Assembly: GCA_965661285.1 (NCBI GenBank)
Contig: CBFIDD010000002.1
Coordinates: 256,001 to 320,000 of the forward strand
DNA: 64,000 nt
Origin: Poseidonia sp.
GTDB lineage: Archaea; Thermoplasmatota; Poseidoniia; Poseidoniales; Poseidoniaceae
Reading direction: 5' to 3'
The first letter of the stretch is position 1; each line of letters begins with the position of its first letter. The notes beneath the pieces were generated by a model. It was not told the origin of the DNA. It saw only the letters and a program-made list of their open reading frames with translations, and ran no database searches. Below, one piece after another: positions 58,701 through 64,000 of the stretch. The position numbers and the translations under genes are program-made.

Positions 58701-59830
58701 CCGTTCGCCGTGAACGTACCGTTGGCGGATGGACCCCAGTGTTCATCGCCGTCAACTTGGATTTGACCGTAGGTATGGTTGTAAGTGTAGCTCGTTCCGT
58801 TGGTCAATCCCGAGAAGTCCAACATGGCATGAGTCGTGTTGACAATGGAGACGTCAACGGACTCGAAGGTCTGTCCACCGCCAGGATTGTCCGTCGAAAT
58901 ATCAATGCTGTAGGTGTTGGTTGCTCCCGAATACCCGTACACATCAAGGTAGGTGGTTTGGTTGGTGAGCGCCGTGACTTGCATGGATTCTACATTTGAG
59001 GTGCTGGTGCTGCTGCTGAGGAAGCCACCCGTGGCGCTGTCCCATCCTGCATCGATGTCCCCACTCGTGTGGGTGAAGGTGATGTTTGCGTAGTAGGTCG
59101 TTCCGGCGATCATGTCGATCTCGAAGTAATCCACGTCCGTCGTCGTGTGAATCGAAAGGCCCGTACATGACAACGGGAGAAGCGTCGCCGAGGTGGCCGC
59201 GGTGGTGGCGTCGTTGGGCTCGAGGATATCTGATGTGAGGGTGTTTGCACCCGTACAGTTCACGACCGAAGTGCCGCCACCTCCGGTACCGTTTCCGCCG
59301 CCACCCGTGCCATTACTGACGGTGAACTTCGTGAGTGTGAGGTTCCATGTTCCCGCCCCGAGGTAGCGGTAGATGTTGATGTAGACCATTCCACCATGCG
59401 CGGTAGTACTCGAATTTGTGCTGTAGGTTTCGGGGTTGGACGACCACGATGAGCCCATGAGCCCGAGCTGGCTATCGTAGAAATACAAGTCAAAGTCGTT
59501 GGTGACGGTGGTCCCGTTGGAAAATGTGGTTGTTGACGGGAAAGACAGCGTCGCTGCCAAGCCTTGGTTGCTGTTGAGAGCCACCCGCAAGTAATCGCTA
59601 TCGTCGCCATAATCCAACTCCCCCGAACCGGTGTACGTTCCCGAGAAGATGTAATTGGTGATGTTCACGGTGGTGTTATCCGGCAGGTCACCACCCGAAT
59701 TCAGGTCATTTTGGTTCGGGCCAACGGCCGATACGCTGGGTGTTGCGCCAACGAGAAGAACGGACACCACCATCATCAGGCTGACAAGGGTGGACGTGGT
59801 TTTGGACGTCGTGTTGTTGGTAACGTGCAT
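55745..59830 (-). CDS. Large TSP3-repeat cell-surface protein with PPC-like domains
   Basis: Signal peptide, DFDLYFYD and EPND...DVDYF modules, Ca-binding-type repeats, C-terminal TM and tail. Confidence 0.9.
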   Translation of the reverse strand: MHVTNNTTSKTTSTLVSLMMVVSVLLVGATPSVSAVGPNQNDLNSGGDLPDNTTVNITNYIFSGTYTGSGELDYGDDSDYLRVALNSNQGLAATLSFPSTTTFSNGTTVTNDFDLYFYDSQLGLMGSSWSSNPETYSTNSSTTAHGGMVYINIYRYLGAGTWNLTLTKFTVSNGTGGGGNGTGGGGTSVVNCTGANTLTSDILEPNDATTAATSATLLPLSCTGLSIHTTTDVDYFEIDMIAGTTYYANITFTHTSGDIDAGWDSATGGFLSSSTSTSNVESMQVTALTNQTTYLDVYGYSGATNTYSIDISTDNPGGGQTFESVDVSIVNTTHAMLDFSGLTNGTSYTYNHTYGQIQVDGDEHWGPSANGTFTANGTTHSVNITTMATSNESTFLVSSTLSDASGIPLNTDTDELYIEMVEIEATSSTTGDIELTNMTVGADYVVKWVVVDYDEWLNNFTVSSDVDAAINHSMIDSDMWSLMPTTSSMSYQINWTGPTTMNDHLFFAHLSLNGTSVNLSDNDNMSGVHFYEFIPQLPSLVLASFSSSSTAATNNVQAEGLDLVVGDGYRYQYRVTDASGANLATSTLTSFTATAQNQSMPTFTYATPNASGTYCVHIDLYSDVSVQLIGDSDCFTLVQDDDNDGVPNESDACPNTATGATVDLNGCALSQKDTDGDGYNDDVDAFPADSTQWSDMDGDGYGDNASGNMADAFPTDNTQWSDADGDGYGDNANGSYPDAFPTDPTQWSDTDGDGYGDNASGNNPDAWPSDSTQWKDSDGDGFGDNPTGTNGDAFPSDASQWSDADGDGYGDNPNGTTPDAFPTDGTQWEDGDGDGYGDNPQGDNADAFPNDASQWSDTDGDGYGDNQAGTTPDAFPNDSTQWSDSDGDGYGDNAAGLNADAFPNDATQWRDADGDGYGDNPNGNNPDLCLDTTVGEAVDGNGCSLSQLDGDMDGVSDADDACPDTPAGETVDSVGCSSSQEDADNDGVMDAFDACPNTALGAVVDAAGCATSQLDTDGDTITDDRDQCPTTTEGEPVNGVGCAASERDTDEDGVMDAYDVCDNTPYSETADAQGCAPSQKDSDGDEITDDIDNCPGTENGLNVDMLGCATNQRDADSDGISDADDTCPVTPTGEQVDAAGCSSSQKDADLDDIMDNKDVCPDTPVTQSVDMDGCSEQQKDDDEDGIKNHVDECPNTPEGELIDAVGCALAQRDSDGDGVNDAEDAFKFDANESVDSDNDGVADRWDAFPEDPTRSQAAVEESGNGVLYAIIALLLVGLLGGGGYFYTRKPELAATSPFGDGMDAMDSVTEHNMAGASKDVPNLDASSPQQWEENGVHWSRDENGNLSYYDAQTNQWVAYQG
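56162..57052 (-). repeat. Nine 99-nt (33-aa) Cys-paired TSP3-like coding repeats
   Basis: Consensus DxCPxTxxGxxVDxxGCxxSQxDxDxDGVxDxx, counted in the translation. Confidence 0.88.
57053..57781 (-). repeat. Nine 81-nt (27-aa) TSP3-like coding repeats
   Basis: Consensus DAFPxDxTQWSDxDGDGYGDNxxGxxP, counted in the translation. Confidence 0.92.
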
Positions 59831-59881
59831 GGAACTTCCACCGGCCGGAAGTATATCACGCCTGCGCCGGCAAAACGGCCC

Positions 59882-60121
59882 TCAAATAGCCGTTGGAGCG
59901 ACATGGCCGTCGCTCTTGTCGTCCGGTTGGCGAACACGCGACCAGACACCGCCCATCAATTCGTCATGATGGCCTTGGCAGTAGTGAAAGCGCCGGTAAG
60001 CCTCTCGAAAAGAGTAGGCCTTCTTCCCCGTCGCAACAAGATAACCTTCGGGCGAGAGACGGGAGACGATGGTCCCAACTTCTTGGCAACCTGGGAAGTC
60101 GCACACTGGTTCACCGTTCAT
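59882..60121 (-). CDS. Small putative Zn-binding protein
   Basis: CDFPGC...CQGHH; AGGTGA SD upstream. Confidence 0.65.
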   Translation of the reverse strand: MNGEPVCDFPGCQEVGTIVSRLSPEGYLVATGKKAYSFREAYRRFHYCQGHHDELMGGVWSRVRQPDDKSDGHVAPTAI

Positions 60122-60173
60122 GATCTCAACTCACCTTGATGCTACATTAACTCTTGCTCAACTGACCGAGTAC

Positions 60174-60581
60174 TCAGTCATCGTCCTCCGAAGCAGCGGG
60201 TTCGATGACGACCAACGGGACGTTCGCCTCAATCGCTTCACCTTCTGTACAGTGAACCGAAACGACGGTTCCTGAAACGGGTGCCTGAATCTCATTTTGC
60301 ATCTTCATTGCTTCAAGAATCAAGATGACCTGACCCTCGTTGACCTCTTGACCTTCCTCAACTTCAACCGTTACGACCTTGCCGGGGATGTTTGCAGAAA
60401 CCGTTCCCGATTTCTTCTTCTTTCGCCCTCCAGCCCTTCGGGGCTTGGCAGCGACGGTGACCTCCGGCATCTCGATGTCAAAGGTCTGGCCACCGACCGT
60501 TGCTTTCCACGTGGTGCCCTCGCCATCAAGTTCAACTTCGTATTCCGTCCCGTTCACGATGACTTTTCGTGTATCTGTCAT
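60174..60581 (-). CDS. Biotin carboxyl carrier protein
   Basis: EAMKM motif; VNGTEYEVE N-terminus. Confidence 0.94.
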   Translation of the reverse strand: MTDTRKVIVNGTEYEVELDGEGTTWKATVGGQTFDIEMPEVTVAAKPRRAGGRKKKKSGTVSANIPGKVVTVEVEEGQEVNEGQVILILEAMKMQNEIQAPVSGTVVSVHCTEGEAIEANVPLVVIEPAASEDDD

Positions 60582-60585
60582 GCGA

Positions 60586-60777
60586 TTACCTCCATGGGGA
60601 GCGCCCTGCGCGGGCGTTCATCAGCGATGTTTGTCCGGTCATTTGACGACGATGGTCCTGCGACCAAGCAGAACCGGGCTGGCGAGCGATTTGAGCCGGG
60701 TCATCACCGTCGCCTTGCGTGGCAGCAATGACTGCCGCGATGGCGGCCATCATCAATTCAGAGATTTCTTCAGCCAC
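60586..60777 (-). CDS. Acyl-CoA carboxylase small (epsilon-like) subunit
   Basis: AAIAAVI...SAW...R pattern between carboxyltransferase and BCCP. Confidence 0.7.
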   Translation of the reverse strand: MAEEISELMMAAIAAVIAATQGDGDDPAQIARQPGSAWSQDHRRQMTGQTSLMNARAGRSPWR

Positions 60778-60786
60778 TTTATCACC

Positions 60787-62340
60787 TCAAAGCGGAATAT
60801 TGCCGTGCTTTCGAGCAGGTCGGAGTTCTTCCTTGTCCATCAGCATCTCGAGCGCCCGGCTCAAACGCTGTCGTGTTTGGTTGGGCTCAATCACATCGTC
60901 AAGGTAGCCCAGCGCCGCCGCTTTGTACGGATTGGCAAAGGTCTCTTTGAAATCCTCCGTGAGCCGCTCGCGCTCTTGCTCAGGGTTTCGAGCGTGGGCG
61001 ATGCGCCGGCGGTGAATGATCTCAACCGCACCGTCAGCCCCCATCACGGCCAGCTCTGCTGAAGGCCATGCGACGTTGTAATCACCACGAATGTGCTTGC
61101 TCGACATGACATCGTAAGCACCGCCGTAGGCCTTGCGGAGGATCACGGTCAACTTCGGCACGGTGGCCTCGGCAAACGCATAGAGGAGTTTCGCGCCGTG
61201 GCGGATGATGCCACCCCATTCTTGGTTGGTTCCAGGAAGGAATCCTGGAACGTCCTCAAAGGTGAGGATCGGGATGTTGAAGGCATCACAGAACCGAACA
61301 AAACGAGCGGCCTTGTCGCTGGCGTCGATGTCCAAGCAACCGGCAAGAATCTTGGGTTGGTTGGCAACCACGCCGACCGTGTGGCCACCGAGGTGACCGA
61401 AGCCGACCACGATGTTTTGCGCCCACTCGGCTTGAACTTCCATGAAACCACCGTCGTCCAACACCTCGGTGATGACGTCGAGGACATCGTAGGGTTTGGC
61501 CGCGTCGTCGGGAATGATGTTGTCCAGCGCGTCGCAGGAACGGTCCTTGCTGTCCGAGGTCTTCTTCATCGGCGGTCGCTCAAGGTTGTTGGGCGGCAGC
61601 ATGTCGCAAAGGTCCCGGGCCATTTGGATGGCGTGTTCGTCATCGCTGGCGGTAAAGTGCGAGACGCCCGACTTTGACCCGTGGGTGGCTGCACCACCAA
61701 GGTCCTCGAAACTGACCACTTCGTTGGTGACCGTCTTGATGACCTCAGGACCGGTGATGAACATGTGGGCGGTTTGGTCGACCATGATGACGAAATCGGT
61801 GATGGCCGGTGAATAGACAGCACCGCCTGCACAGGGGCCCATGATGACCGAGATTTGTGGAACGACACCCGAGGCACGGACGTTGCGGAAGAAAATCTCG
61901 GCGTAGGAGCCAAGCGACGCCACGCCTTCTTGGATACGAGCGCCACCGGAATCATTCATGCCAATCACGGGACGACCGGTCTTGAGCGCCATGTCAAGAA
62001 CCTTGCAAATCTTGAGGCCGTGCATTTCACCAAGCGAGCCACCGTAGACGGTGAAATCTTGAGCGAAGGCGAAGACTTCCCTCCCGTTGATGGTGCCGTG
62101 GCCGGTGACCACACCGTCCCCGGGGATGACGTTCTTGTCCATGTCAAAATCACGGCATCGGTGTTCGACCAACGCATCAATCTCCTGGAAACTGCCATCA
62201 TCGAGCAACAATTCGAGGCGCTCACGAGCCGTCATCTTCCCTCGGTTGTGTTGGGCTTCAACACGGGCTTGACCGCCGCCAGCTTCGCTGCGAGCCTTGC
62301 GATTTCGTAGGTCCTTGAGTCGCTCTTCGGTGCCAGACAT
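60787..62340 (-). CDS. pccB: Propionyl-CoA carboxylase / methylmalonyl-CoA decarboxylase carboxyltransferase subunit
   Basis: [50 protein letters not shown]. Confidence 0.93.
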   Translation of the reverse strand: MSGTEERLKDLRNRKARSEAGGGQARVEAQHNRGKMTARERLELLLDDGSFQEIDALVEHRCRDFDMDKNVIPGDGVVTGHGTINGREVFAFAQDFTVYGGSLGEMHGLKICKVLDMALKTGRPVIGMNDSGGARIQEGVASLGSYAEIFFRNVRASGVVPQISVIMGPCAGGAVYSPAITDFVIMVDQTAHMFITGPEVIKTVTNEVVSFEDLGGAATHGSKSGVSHFTASDDEHAIQMARDLCDMLPPNNLERPPMKKTSDSKDRSCDALDNIIPDDAAKPYDVLDVITEVLDDGGFMEVQAEWAQNIVVGFGHLGGHTVGVVANQPKILAGCLDIDASDKAARFVRFCDAFNIPILTFEDVPGFLPGTNQEWGGIIRHGAKLLYAFAEATVPKLTVILRKAYGGAYDVMSSKHIRGDYNVAWPSAELAVMGADGAVEIIHRRRIAHARNPEQERERLTEDFKETFANPYKAAALGYLDDVIEPNQTRQRLSRALEMLMDKEELRPARKHGNIPL

Positions 62341-62456
62341 CAACTTCCCCGAGTCCTACTCGGCCCAAGCCGCCCTTATTGCTTGCTCTTCTGAAGAGAT
62401 GAATTGACAGGAATCATGAGGGTTGCGTTGATAGGGAAGCGACCTCTCCTCACATC

Positions 62457-62903
62457 ATGGACCAACCCCTCCGTATCGTGGTGGCCAAACCCGGCCTTGA
62501 CGGTCATGACCGAGGTGCCAAAGTGGTCGCCCGAGCCCTACGAGACGCCGGCCACGAGGTGATCTATACGGGACTGCGCCGCACATCACAGCAAATCGTT
62601 GACACCGTTCGCGACGAAGACGCACGCTTCCTCGGACTCTCCTCACTTTCGGGTGCACACGCCCATCTCTTCCCGCAGGTCTGCGAAAAACTGCGCGAGG
62701 CCGGTCTCGATGATGTCATCGTCTTCGGAGGTGGCATCATCCCACAGGAAGACCGCCCTGCGCTTCACGAAGTGGGCATCCGTGCTGTTTTCGGCCCGGG
62801 GACGCCAACGGCAGAAATTCTTGAATTCATCACCGAAGCATCCGGTCGAGACGACGCTGGTGTTGGCCAATCCAACGAATGGCATTGGGAATCCTCGGCT
62901 TGA
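62457..62903 (+). CDS. Methylmalonyl-CoA mutase B12-binding subunit
   Basis: KPGLDGHDRGAK, SSLSGAH, GGIIP, FGPGT. Confidence 0.94.
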   Translation: MDQPLRIVVAKPGLDGHDRGAKVVARALRDAGHEVIYTGLRRTSQQIVDTVRDEDARFLGLSSLSGAHAHLFPQVCEKLREAGLDDVIVFGGGIIPQEDRPALHEVGIRAVFGPGTPTAEILEFITEASGRDDAGVGQSNEWHWESSA

Positions 62904-62917
62904 CGGAGGTGCCACGG

Positions 62918-63826
62918 ATGGCCAACGAACTGCAGCAAGCAATGAGCGGCGACCGCCGCGCCCTTGCTCGGATGCTGTCAAGCATCGAAAACGGCGAGGT
63001 CCTGCTTGCAGAACTCCTACCAAACCGTTCATCCTTGGATGCAGAAACCTGGGCGACCATGGCCATCACCGGTGCCCCGGGCGTTGGAAAATCGGTACTC
63101 GTTGACGCGCTGATGACCCAGTGGGCCGGCAGTGGTTTGCGAGTGGCGTTGTTGGCGGTGGACCCGAGCTCGCCACGAACGGGGGGTGCGCTTCTCGGCG
63201 ACCGCGTGCGCATGTCATCGGTTGACAATCCAGACATCAACGACCGCGTCTATGTTCGCTCCATTGCAACACGGTCGTCCTCTGGAAGCGTTCCTCTTAT
63301 CGTCGAGGACATGGCAGCCTTCCTCTTGGCATGCGGCTGGCAACGTGTTTTGATCGAAACCGTGGGTTCGGGCCAAGCAGAGTTGCGATGTGCAGCCGTC
63401 GCAGACCGTATTGTGGTCGTTGAAGGTCCAGCCCGAGGCGACGGTATTCAAGCGGAGAAAGCCGGTCTCCTTGAACTGGCTGATATCGTTCTGGTCAACA
63501 AAGCCGACCTCGAAGGTGCAGAGCAGCATGCAGGTGAACTTCGGGAATCCTACGCCTTGGATGGCGACGAGGCACCCTCCGTCTTGCTGACGTCCGGATT
63601 GAAGAACATCGGCATTGAAGAAGCGGCGCATGCGCTTCTCAAACTCGAGAGTTCAGGACGTGCGACACGAGCACGCATGCGTGAGCGTCTTCTCGGCCGA
63701 CACGAACGTCGGTTAACCCTCCATCCATCGTACAATGCGGTGCTGACCCGACTTTGTGAGGGCACCCTTGATATTGAAGAGGCCATGACTGAACTTCAAG
63801 GGGACAAGGATGACCGGGCAAGTTGA
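62918..63826 (+). CDS. meaB: MeaB/ArgK-family GTPase chaperone
   Basis: GAPGVGKS, VDPSSP..GGALLGDRVRM, ETVG.GQ, NKAD; GGAGGTG SD. Confidence 0.93.
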   Translation: MANELQQAMSGDRRALARMLSSIENGEVLLAELLPNRSSLDAETWATMAITGAPGVGKSVLVDALMTQWAGSGLRVALLAVDPSSPRTGGALLGDRVRMSSVDNPDINDRVYVRSIATRSSSGSVPLIVEDMAAFLLACGWQRVLIETVGSGQAELRCAAVADRIVVVEGPARGDGIQAEKAGLLELADIVLVNKADLEGAEQHAGELRESYALDGDEAPSVLLTSGLKNIGIEEAAHALLKLESSGRATRARMRERLLGRHERRLTLHPSYNAVLTRLCEGTLDIEEAMTELQGDKDDRAS

Positions 63827-64000
63827 GATGACCAATCCGGTGGAAACATCGGTGGGTGGCATGCGTGGGCACATGCTTCGCCGTACCGTCCACCTGTCGA
63901 TGGTGGGCATCCCCTATCTCTACTTCACTCAGGGCGAACGTGTCGCCGATGGTATTGGTATTTCCCTTCAACAAGTGGTGGCAGGGGTGGTCATCATCGC
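63810..64000 (+). CDS. Truncated membrane protein, possibly polyprenol/dolichol kinase-like
   Basis: Manual translation MTGQVEMTNP...HMLRRTVHLSMVGIPYLY... (RRxxH), runs off the window. Confidence 0.5.
   Translation, partial: MTGQVEMTNPVETSVGGMRGHMLRRTVHLSMVGIPYLYFTQGERVADGIGISLQQVVAGVVII

Noticed and set aside
62341-62456. Cobalamin riboswitch upstream of the B12-binding subunit
   Set aside because: The region is too short and lacks a recognisable B12 box.

Overview
Gene-dense archaeal chromosome segment, most consistent with Marine Group II Euryarchaeota (Ca. Poseidoniales). This is an inference from the archaeal information-processing genes (aRF1, aIF2-beta, class I LysRS, S3Ae, proteasome beta, aCPSF1, PurP) occurring together with bacterial-type genes (thyA-folA, PlsC-like, Ni-SOD) and many TSP3-repeat surface proteins. 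I can support about 64 CDS, tRNA-Lys(CTT), tRNA-Pro(TGG) and the RNase P RNA gene. I saw no CRISPR array, transposase or integrase. Features absent from the ORF track are a truncated pyrH at the left edge, the three RNA genes, a 34-aa double-CPxCG micro-protein and a truncated membrane protein at the right edge. Best leads: (1) a divergent locus with three paralogous COG1340-like coiled-coil proteins, a GNAT, a roadblock protein, a surface protein with cytoplasmic Zn ribbons and a DtxR regulator; (2) a 28-bp element (24/28 identical) shared by the upstream regions of rps3ae and one coiled-coil gene; (3) a TSP3 adhesin-like gene next to a membrane-anchored transglutaminase-like Cys enzyme; (4) a structured RNA ahead of aCPSF1; (5) a catalytically dead PdaD homolog; (6) a sodN-sodX pair abutting tRNA-Lys. 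All calls come from reading motifs by eye, with no database search. Start codons are best guesses.
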